From: Patescibacteria group bacterium
GTDB taxonomy: Bacteria; Patescibacteriota; Minisyncoccia; Phycocordibacterales; BOKC01
DNA: 64,000 nucleotides
Assembly (NCBI GenBank): GCA_038062955.1
Contig: JBBTWE010000001.1
Location: 101,411-165,410, forward strand
Reading direction: 5' to 3'
Part shown: positions 56,903 to 64,000 of the stretch, piece after piece
Layout: each line of letters opens with the position of its first letter
How positions within the stretch are numbered: the first letter of the stretch is position 1
Notes under the pieces: generated by a model
The model's input: the letters and a program-made list of their open reading frames with translations, nothing else
Database searches by the model: none
Told to the model about the DNA's origin: nothing
Translations under genes and position numbers: made by a program

Positions 56903-57073
56903 TTGACAAATAGACTAGACTGTGCTAGTCTTATTGCAACTCAGCTGAAAGGCTGGGTTTTCAATTTTAAACCGAGCTCTCACCAAATCATGTGATTTTA
57001 TGTGAGTTCGGCAAACCCGATTACTAACGAAACCAAGACAAGTAACCGGGCAAATTAAATAGAAAAATAACCT
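56903..57073 (+). promoter_or_regulatory. promoter and structured 5' leader (three hairpins)
   Basis: TTGACA-N17-TAGTCT; AACTCAGC/GCTGGGTT, CCGAGCTC/GAGTTCGG, CCCG.TTACT/AGTAA.CGGG. Confidence 0.55.
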
Positions 57074-57532
57074 ATGACAAAAATGATTATACTGTTTTTG
57101 GCGACAAGCTTAACCGGTATAAACTCACCGGTTAGTCTGCTTACGCCAATGCATGAAGCTTCTGGTGAAAAAGTAACTATCGTTGATTCTGGGATTAAAG
57201 AGATAGAGAGTGAAAAAACTGTTCAATCGACTGAAGAAATAGTAAAAAACTATTTCGCCGATGCTCCCATCATGGTGGAAATCGCCAGATGTGAATCGAC
57301 CTTTAGACAAATCAACTCTAAAGGAGAAGTCTTGAGGGGTGTAGTTAACAGCCGTGACGTTGGTGTTATGCAAATTAACGAACGTTTTCACGGTGATACT
57401 GCAGAAAAGATGAATGTCGACATTTATTCTATAGATGGAAATCTGGAATATGCCAGACATCTATATGAGAAACAAGGTACAAAACCTTGGAAAGCTTCAG
57501 AAAAATGTTGGAAAGGTAAAGGAAACGTCTAA
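57074..57532 (+). CDS. secreted lysozyme-like/lytic transglycosylase (SLT/Rpf-like)
   Basis: IARCES catalytic Glu, GVMQIN, GN..YA..LY..QG..PW. Confidence 0.82.
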   Translation: MTKMIILFLATSLTGINSPVSLLTPMHEASGEKVTIVDSGIKEIESEKTVQSTEEIVKNYFADAPIMVEIARCESTFRQINSKGEVLRGVVNSRDVGVMQINERFHGDTAEKMNVDIYSIDGNLEYARHLYEKQGTKPWKASEKCWKGKGNV

Positions 57533-57772
57533 ATAAAGATAATTCCACAAAAACCCCGCGTAAGCGGGGTTTTTGTATTCATGAATCTTAAATCTTGAAT
57601 CCCGCTTGTTATTAACTTAATTGGTGGGGAGCGAGGAGAGAGGTATAATTAAACAAGATTATTCCGGCTAGCGAGCGGCATCGCGAGAATTTATTCTCAT
57701 GATGCGCGAGCGAAGACGGATCAAAGGGTTTTGATACCCTTTATTATTAACTTATATTTAAGATTGGTTCTT

Positions 57773-57970
57773 ATGAAAGCTCATACATTTTTTACATTTG
57801 CGAGCGCCGTTTTTTCAATAGTAGCGATAGTACATTTACTTAGAGTTATCACAGGGTTTGGTCTTGTGATTGCGGGATGGTCAGTTCCTATCTGGGTAAA
57901 CACAGTCGCTTTTTTGATTGCTGCGATTTTGGGATATCACGGATTGAAATTAAGCCGAAAAACTAGGTAA
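57773..57970 (+). CDS. small two-TM protein
   Basis: VAIVHLLR..W.VP.W pattern; ATG at 57773. Confidence 0.7.
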   Translation: MKAHTFFTFASAVFSIVAIVHLLRVITGFGLVIAGWSVPIWVNTVAFLIAAILGYHGLKLSRKTR

Positions 57971-57980
57971 TCTTGAAACT

Positions 57981-58568
57981 ATGTTGAAGTCGAAATATTC
58001 CACCCTGCTTATAATCAGTGTGTTTATTGTCTTGGGTATTTTATTTGCCGTCAAAATTGGGTATGAAAAGACGTTGAATCCTGAAACTTATTCAGACAAA
58101 GAATATCCGTTATCTTTTTCGTACAATACGGGAATAGATACGTATGCTTTTTCTGATCGTAAATACTTTGAATTAGCTAAAAAGAGTGAACCAGATCTTC
58201 TTCGGATGCTGACTTTGGTTGAAGAAAGTGAAAATCAAAAACTTGTTGAAGATATAAAAAATGGTGTTGCGAGAGAAGGACCTCCTGGAATAACTGTTTT
58301 TATAATAAATAATAAAGAGAACCTGACCACAGAGAACTGGTTAAAGAAAAGTCCTCTTTCTAATTTCAAACAAATAATAGGAGAGGCGAAGGATATGACT
58401 TTGGGAAATAGGGAAGCACTAAGTTATCGATCAGATGGACTTTACAGGAATGAAACTGTAGTGAGTGTAAACGGCGATTTTATTTACGTGTTTAATGTCA
58501 CCTTTAATTCTCTAGAGGACAATATATATAAAGACTTTTATACATTGCTTGCTACTGTAAAATTGTAA
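57981..58568 (+). CDS. membrane-anchored hypothetical protein (PsbP-like fold possible)
   Basis: N-terminal TM, Y.LSFSY start, F..LL.TVK end. Confidence 0.6.
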   Translation: MLKSKYSTLLIISVFIVLGILFAVKIGYEKTLNPETYSDKEYPLSFSYNTGIDTYAFSDRKYFELAKKSEPDLLRMLTLVEESENQKLVEDIKNGVAREGPPGITVFIINNKENLTTENWLKKSPLSNFKQIIGEAKDMTLGNREALSYRSDGLYRNETVVSVNGDFIYVFNVTFNSLEDNIYKDFYTLLATVKL

Positions 58569-58628
58569 ATTTTAGAACTGTTTTTGCTATACTGTTTCAA
58601 TAAATTTAATATTTAAATATATAAGACT

Positions 58629-59030
58629 ATGAATAATCGAGTGGTACATTTTGAGATACATGCTGATGATTGTAACCGTGCAGTGAAGTTTTACAAGAAA
58701 GTTTTTGGTTGGGAGATTACCAAATGGGAAGGAGGTCAGATGGAATATTGGATGGTCATGACTGCCCCAAAAGACAGTAAAGAAATGGGAATAAATGGCG
58801 GACTTTTGCCTCGACCACAAAAATTAAAAGAAGGAATGTGCGGTTCAAATGCTTTTGTCTGCACCATGATGGTTTCTGACTTAGATAAAATTGGGTCAGA
58901 TATTGTAAAAGCTGGAGGGAAAGTTGCTATGCCTAAATTCGCACTCGTTGGTATGGCTTGGCAGGCTTATTATCTGGATACAGAAGGAAACACCTTTGGA
59001 ATACACCAACCGGATGTGAACGCTAAGTAA
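58629..59030 (+). CDS. VOC/glyoxalase family protein
   Basis: VVHFEI.ADD..RA..FY..VFGW, DTEGN.FG. Confidence 0.9.
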   Translation: MNNRVVHFEIHADDCNRAVKFYKKVFGWEITKWEGGQMEYWMVMTAPKDSKEMGINGGLLPRPQKLKEGMCGSNAFVCTMMVSDLDKIGSDIVKAGGKVAMPKFALVGMAWQAYYLDTEGNTFGIHQPDVNAK

Positions 59031-59031
59031 G

Positions 59032-59604
59032 ATGGAAAAGCGGATTATTTTGGAAAATAGGGAGATTAGTTATAAGTTGCAGAAAAGTCGTCGTTCAAGA
59101 CGTCTACGACTTTCTGTATATCATAATGGGTCTATCGCTGTGTCAGCACCTATTGCGGTAGGGGATGGCGTAATTGATCGATTTTTGCGTCTCAAAAGTC
59201 GTTGGATTTTTGAGAAAATTGCTTATTTTAAGAAGTTTAAATTTGAACCCATTAAACGGTGGGGAAGGAGAGATTATCAAAAATATAAAGGGATTACTTT
59301 GAATTTGGTAGAGCAGAGAATTTTACATTTTAATAAAATATATAATTATTCGGTAGGTAAGATCGCAATAAAAAATCAGAAGACTCGTTGGGGCAGCTGC
59401 TCTAAAAGAGGGAATTTAAACTTTAACTATAAAATCGCGCTTCTTCCAGAAAGATTGGCAGATTACGTTGTGGTCCATGAACTTTGTCACTTAAAAGAAT
59501 TTAATCATTCCAAGAAATTTTGGAGTTTAGTAGGGGAGACGGTTCCGAATTATCTTGAAATGAGAAAAGAATTAAAGAAAAATAGTCTAAGATTTTCAAA
59601 TTAA
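59032..59604 (+). CDS. YgjP/SprT-like zinc metallopeptidase
   Basis: KTRWGSCS, YVVVHELCHL..NHS..FW. Confidence 0.9.
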   Translation: MEKRIILENREISYKLQKSRRSRRLRLSVYHNGSIAVSAPIAVGDGVIDRFLRLKSRWIFEKIAYFKKFKFEPIKRWGRRDYQKYKGITLNLVEQRILHFNKIYNYSVGKIAIKNQKTRWGSCSKRGNLNFNYKIALLPERLADYVVVHELCHLKEFNHSKKFWSLVGETVPNYLEMRKELKKNSLRFSN

Positions 59605-59606
59605 AT

Positions 59607-60035
59607 ATGGTAGAAAATAATTTAAATAGACCAAAAGTGGGAATAGGGGTTTTTGTTTTTAAAGATGGAAAAGTTCTGTTAGGAAAGAGGAAGGGGTCCC
59701 ATGCACCGGGTATGTATGCTGGTCCGGGAGGACATTTGGAATACATGGAATCCATCGAAGACTGTGCTAAAAGAGAGGTAAAAGAAGAAGCTGGAATAGA
59801 AATAGAGAATATCAAGCTTTTGTGTGTTAGTAATTTAAAAACTTACGCTCCCAAGCATTATCTTGATATTGGACTTGTTGCAGATTGGAAAAGTGGAACT
59901 CCGAAGGTATTGGAGCCGGAAAAATGCGAAGGTTGGAATTGGTACAGTTTAGATAATTTACCCAAGCCGTTGTTTGCTACTTTAGCCAATTATATCGAAG
60001 CTCTGAAAACAGGTAGAAATTATTTTGATTCTTAA
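59607..60035 (+). CDS. NUDIX hydrolase (NUDT15-like)
   Basis: PGGHLE..E....CAKREVKEEAG, EPEKCEGW.W. Confidence 0.92.
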   Translation: MVENNLNRPKVGIGVFVFKDGKVLLGKRKGSHAPGMYAGPGGHLEYMESIEDCAKREVKEEAGIEIENIKLLCVSNLKTYAPKHYLDIGLVADWKSGTPKVLEPEKCEGWNWYSLDNLPKPLFATLANYIEALKTGRNYFDS

Positions 60036-60040
60036 AAATA

Positions 60041-60559
60041 ATGAAAAAAATATTAACAAAAGATTATCTAAAAGAGAGATATAAAAAAGTTGAGATCAGT
60101 CTTGATACCATATCAAAAGAAGAATTATATAGTTATTTAGCCCCAACGCTAAATTCTGAAGAATTAGAAACAATTACCTTTTCTTTTTTATTTGTCAGTA
60201 AGGTTGAGAATCTTATCACCAGAGTTTTAAATGGTATATTTAAAATTTTTATAAAAAATGACTTTAAAAATACTAAAGAAGTAAACCAGTTAATTGGGTT
60301 AACAATCAGCGAACTTCATTTTCGAGGAAAAATCAAAATCTTGAAGGAGAATTCGTTCCCAAGATATAAAAAATTTATAGCATTTAGTGACAAAATAAAT
60401 ACCTTAAGAAATGATTTAGCGCATGGTAAATTTAAGAATTTGATGTATGGTAAGGATAAAATACTTATGAGACAGACAAAACAAAAAATGATCGATGACC
60501 TTCATTCCACAGCAATGATTGCGTTAGATGGTGCAGAAGTAGAAGATAGAGACAAATGA
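60041..60559 (+). CDS. HEPN-like protein
   Basis: helical with an RNDLAH (RX4H) motif; very AT-rich. Confidence 0.6.
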   Translation: MKKILTKDYLKERYKKVEISLDTISKEELYSYLAPTLNSEELETITFSFLFVSKVENLITRVLNGIFKIFIKNDFKNTKEVNQLIGLTISELHFRGKIKILKENSFPRYKKFIAFSDKINTLRNDLAHGKFKNLMYGKDKILMRQTKQKMIDDLHSTAMIALDGAEVEDRDK

Positions 60560-60571
60560 TATAATTATAAA

Positions 60572-60886
60572 ATGTTAAAAGATTTTTTATTACTTATTGC
60601 TGGAGGAACATTAACTTTCTTGGGAGGTGTGTTTCAATCATTTTTTGATGCAAAAAGAAGAAGGGAAGAATTGATTTTTGAATCTAAAAGGACCTGCTAT
60701 TCTAAATTACTGGGTGTATTACCCAGATTAGATACCCTGGATGTTAAAGAGGCGGGAATTATTGGTGAGGCTCTTTTATATTCTAATACAAAATTAGAAC
60801 AACAAATTAAAGATTTTATATCAAAGAAAAACAAAGATTTTTACAGCATTAAATCAACAATAAAAGAGGAATTGGGAATAAAATAA
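60572..60886 (+). CDS. N-terminal TM hypothetical protein
   Basis: TM helix followed by a charged helical region. Confidence 0.6.
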   Translation: MLKDFLLLIAGGTLTFLGGVFQSFFDAKRRREELIFESKRTCYSKLLGVLPRLDTLDVKEAGIIGEALLYSNTKLEQQIKDFISKKNKDFYSIKSTIKEELGIK

Positions 60887-60901
60887 ATTATTGAACAGTA
60901 T

Positions 60902-61867
60902 CTATTTGTTATTTTCACCTTTTTCACCGTGGAATTTTTCGTGGATGTCTCGTAGGCGTTTATTTGTAACGTGGGTGTAGACTTGGGTGGTGGAGACATT
61001 TTTGTGTCCCAAAAGCTCTTGGACGCTTCGGAGGTCCGCTCCATGAGTGAGAAGATCGGTTGCGTAGGAATGGCGGAGGGTGTGCGGAGTCACTTTTTTT
61101 GAAAGGCCAGCAAGCATTGCGGATTTTGAAACCATATTTTGAATATAACGTGGTGACAATCTTTTATTTTCCGGATCTTTAGAGCGAAAATTTATAAAAA
61201 GAGGTTTGAAAACATCTCGGCGGATTTTCAAATATTTTCGAAGCCACTCTGCCGCAGTTGGTGATATGAATATAGTACGGACATATTTTCCTTTACCGAT
61301 AATCGAAAGCTCGAATGTTCTGTTTGGATTCTTGTCTTGAAGAAAAGACATTTGATCGACGTTTAATGCCACCAGTTCCGAAATACGCATTCCAGAGGAG
61401 AAAAAAAGTTCCATGATGGTTCGGTCACGTAAACCGTTTGGAGTTTCTGTGTCAGGGATCTTTAGCATCTTTTCAACATCTCGCATCTCAAGAAAAGAAA
61501 TATTCTCATCTGTCTTTTGTTTGGCTAGTTTTATTTTTGATGAGGGGAGAGTTTCTATATCTTTTTCAGCAAGGTAGTCCAGCAAGGCTCTTAAAGCTAT
61601 AAGATAGTAGTTTTGAGATTTCTTACCTAAATTTTCATCACTAGGCGTTTTATAGGTTCGAGCCAAGTACAATCGATAATCCCAAATGTGTCTGGCATTT
61701 AATTCATGCGGCAAAAGATTTTCCATTCCCACGACTTTGAGCCAGCCGACAAAGAGAGAGAGGTATTGTTTGTAATTTCTTTGAGTATTGTCCGCGAGAC
61801 CTTTTTCAATTTCGCAGTAGTCGAGGAAGGGGAGGATTTGATCTTTGATGGGTTCTAGAGTCTTCAT
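60902..61867 (-). CDS. XerC/XerD-like tyrosine recombinase
   Basis: [30 protein letters not shown]. Confidence 0.95.
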   Translation of the reverse strand: MKTLEPIKDQILPFLDYCEIEKGLADNTQRNYKQYLSLFVGWLKVVGMENLLPHELNARHIWDYRLYLARTYKTPSDENLGKKSQNYYLIALRALLDYLAEKDIETLPSSKIKLAKQKTDENISFLEMRDVEKMLKIPDTETPNGLRDRTIMELFFSSGMRISELVALNVDQMSFLQDKNPNRTFELSIIGKGKYVRTIFISPTAAEWLRKYLKIRRDVFKPLFINFRSKDPENKRLSPRYIQNMVSKSAMLAGLSKKVTPHTLRHSYATDLLTHGADLRSVQELLGHKNVSTTQVYTHVTNKRLRDIHEKFHGEKGENNK

Positions 61868-61892
61868 GCTTATATAATATCAAATTAACAGT

Positions 61893-61920
61893 CATTCGCA
61901 CAATATATGTAAAACGAATG
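61893..61920. other. candidate dif-like recombination site (11-6-11)
   Basis: CATTCGCACAA-TATATG-TAAAACGAATG, 26 bp upstream of the xer start. Confidence 0.45.
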
Positions 61921-61980
61921 AGTTGTGGAAAAACAACAATCTCAACTCAAAAAATAATTTGGTTCTCTGAGATCTTTTCC

Positions 61981-62000
61981 CTTGCCTGCCGGCAGGCAGG
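61981..62000. repeat. C(T)TGCCTGCCGGCAGGCAGG palindromic unit
   Basis: fourth copy of the 20-bp palindrome. Confidence 0.85.
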
Positions 62001-62212
62001 AAGGTATCTACATACCTCCAACTTACTCTCTCGAGGTTGTTTTGGAACTACTTATCCCCTTTGGATCCTTATACTCATTTAAGGAGAACTTTTTCCCTCT
62101 TAATCAGCTCTTAAAAATTTTTTATTTCGAGTAGGGGACTTCCCTCTTTAATTTAAGATTTACGATTCAAGATTTAAGATTTTTCTAAATACAAAATACT
62201 AGATACTACATA

Positions 62213-62425
62213 CTAATTTTTCGTGAATAGATTTGTCACAAATTCCCAAACCATTTTTAGAAAGCCCCACAGAGCTTCCCAGATCATTTTTACTTGAGGT
62301 TTATTTAGAAAATCAATAATATCGCTGATGTTTATATTCCAAACAAGTTTTAGAATAGCCAACCCGATAATTATTAAAATTATTAATTTTATAAATCCCC
62401 CCTTTCCACTTTTTTTAATTTTCAT
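62213..62425 (-). CDS. small membrane protein with a prepilin-like N-terminus
   Basis: KKSGKGG|FIKLIILIIIG plus an amphipathic tail. Confidence 0.65.
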   Translation of the reverse strand: MKIKKSGKGGFIKLIILIIIGLAILKLVWNINISDIIDFLNKPQVKMIWEALWGFLKMVWEFVTNLFTKN

Positions 62426-62482
62426 ATTACTCTCATTTTAAACTTTTTTTTTAAAATTAAAAATACATCTTATATACAATTT

Positions 62483-62610
62483 TAGAACTTTCAGATTCGA
62501 GGCTAGTTCTAGGCGATCCGCGAGCGTTCTGACCAAGCTGTATATACTGATATAGTGCATGGAAGAAGCGGAGCGGTCAACGACGAAATAGACCGAATAT
62601 GAGAGTTATA
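62483..62610. repeat. TAGAAC-ended structured repeat (divergent core)
   Basis: TAGAACTTTCAGATTCG..CCGAATATGAGAGTTATA; overlaps the M23 gene stop codon. Confidence 0.8.
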
Positions 62611-63931
62611 AGGACGGAAGGAAGGCCATAGGGTCCAAATACGCCCTCTGATCGGCTAATGGCATATATGCCCCGTTGCAAGGCGTAGCCGAAGTGTATC
62701 TTTGAGGACGTAATCCTTCGGTAATATAGGCACCAAAATGCAGATGGGGGCCAGTGGAATACCCCGCGCCAAACATTCCAGGAGCTCCACCGCTAAAAGC
62801 GATTGTGGCTCCCCTTTCCACTTGTTGGCCGACGACTGATACCTGTGAAGCCGACAAATGCGAATATAGAGTGGATAAACCATTGTTATGCGCGATTAAA
62901 ATCCACCTACCAAAGGAATAACAACCCCGGACTTCGTCAGTATTTCCGAGCGCGCTAACGACTCCAGAATCAGCCGCCTTGACCCTTGTGCCGACCGCTG
63001 CGCGGAAATCGACTCCGTTGTGAGTGCCAGAAACATAAAGTCTGATAGAGTCTGCGGTGCGTCCGAAGAATTGACTAACTGATATATTATCGAGCGGCCA
63101 CGCAAGCACTCCAGAGCGCGCAGACGGGATTTTTGACGGATCAATGAAAATTTGGAGTCGGGATTCAAATTCGAATATTTCTCGTTCAACTTCAGCTTTA
63201 CGCGCCAAATTTCTAGCTAGAATTTTTTTATATTCGGACTCCGTATTTCTCGTTTCTTTTAAAAGTTGTTCTTTTTGTTTTTTATTTGCTTCGACTATTT
63301 TATGTTGTGAATTGTATTCAGCTTCAAGCCTTTCTAATTCATTCTTTTCTTCCTCCGTTTCTGTTTTTTGATCCTCGAGAACTTCTTTGGTGACTTTTAA
63401 GTCATTAACCTTTTGTTGAACACTTGTTTGGAAACGACTTAGCGTGTCCACTTCTTCCCAAGCAGATCCAAAATCGTCATATTTTAGAAAAATCTCAACC
63501 ATCGAATTTTCCGATGTTTCATTGATAAGTCTCAAAGTTTCCCCTAAACTTTCACTGTTTTTTTCTATTCGCTTTTCATTTTCTCCAATTTGAATATCCA
63601 ACTTTGAAAGGTTAAGGGTGGTCGATTCAACTTCGTTTTCTGTAACTTTGATATCTTTTAAAAGTTTGTTGCGAGTTAGATCGAGGGATTTAACAGCTCC
63701 TTGGAGAGTGTTAGCTGATTTGGAAACCTCAATAAGATCAGTTTGGTATTTATTTATCTCTTTATTTAATTCTGCTACCGCTTTATTTTTTTCCTCGATC
63801 TTTTTTTGAAGCTCAATTATTTCTGAATTGTTTTGCGCTAGTACTTCCCCTCCCGCAAGCAAAAATATCATGCCTAAGGTGGCAATTGTTCCGAATGCTA
63901 ATTTTCTAGAATTTCTTTTGCTTTTTTCCAT
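62606..63931 (-). CDS. secreted coiled-coil M23 peptidase (EnvC/MepM-like)
   Basis: signal peptide, long coiled coil, HNGVD, YSHL, STGPHLHF. Confidence 0.92.
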   Translation of the reverse strand: MEKSKRNSRKLAFGTIATLGMIFLLAGGEVLAQNNSEIIELQKKIEEKNKAVAELNKEINKYQTDLIEVSKSANTLQGAVKSLDLTRNKLLKDIKVTENEVESTTLNLSKLDIQIGENEKRIEKNSESLGETLRLINETSENSMVEIFLKYDDFGSAWEEVDTLSRFQTSVQQKVNDLKVTKEVLEDQKTETEEEKNELERLEAEYNSQHKIVEANKKQKEQLLKETRNTESEYKKILARNLARKAEVEREIFEFESRLQIFIDPSKIPSARSGVLAWPLDNISVSQFFGRTADSIRLYVSGTHNGVDFRAAVGTRVKAADSGVVSALGNTDEVRGCYSFGRWILIAHNNGLSTLYSHLSASQVSVVGQQVERGATIAFSGGAPGMFGAGYSTGPHLHFGAYITEGLRPQRYTSATPCNGAYMPLADQRAYLDPMAFLPSL

Positions 63932-64000
63932 CTGTGCAGAGTTTTGTTTTTGCCCAAAATTTCGATTAAAGCAAATGGATCCGGAGATTGTTCTTTGCCT

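Noticed and set aside
57773-61867. Integron (tyrosine recombinase plus an array of short genes)
   Set aside because: The genes converge on the recombinase instead of lying upstream, intergenic gaps are mostly too short for attC sites, and no IntI-specific insertion is evident.

Overview
Low-GC bacterial chromosome segment using the standard code (TGA is a stop; tRNA-Trp has anticodon CCA). Gene content and style point to Patescibacteria/CPR, probably Parcubacteria (inferred). The backbone is housekeeping genes: trxB, ftsZ, ftsA, ybeY, rpsU, a degenerate hisS-like gene, lepB, pth, rpsA, gyrA, rbfA, infB, clpB, alr, rpmG, miaA, parB, rel, topA, recR, dnaB, cysS, ctpA, rplI, rpmA, a xer recombinase and an M23 peptidase, plus 7 tRNAs. 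Accessory content includes a tandem array of seven VirB2/TrbC-like pilins behind a solute-binding protein, two PEP-utilising (RPH-like) dikinases after tRNA-Trp, an HTH-LAGLIDADG gene before tRNA-Tyr, an IS1595 carrying cargo and a HEPN-like gene. The most striking unexplained structures are: (1) scattered orphan transcription units with consensus sigma70 promoters, BoxA-like leaders, usually a strong SD and their own terminators, in which the 5' and 3' ends of some mRNAs are complementary, as in rRNA operons; (2) repeat elements downstream of three tRNAs whose arms are inverted and direct copies of that tRNA's own 3' end; (3) several modular or nested hairpin repeat families, one of which duplicates start codons; (4) candidate structured ncRNAs and a dif-like site. 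All calls were made by eye from the sequence and the ORF track; no database searches were run.
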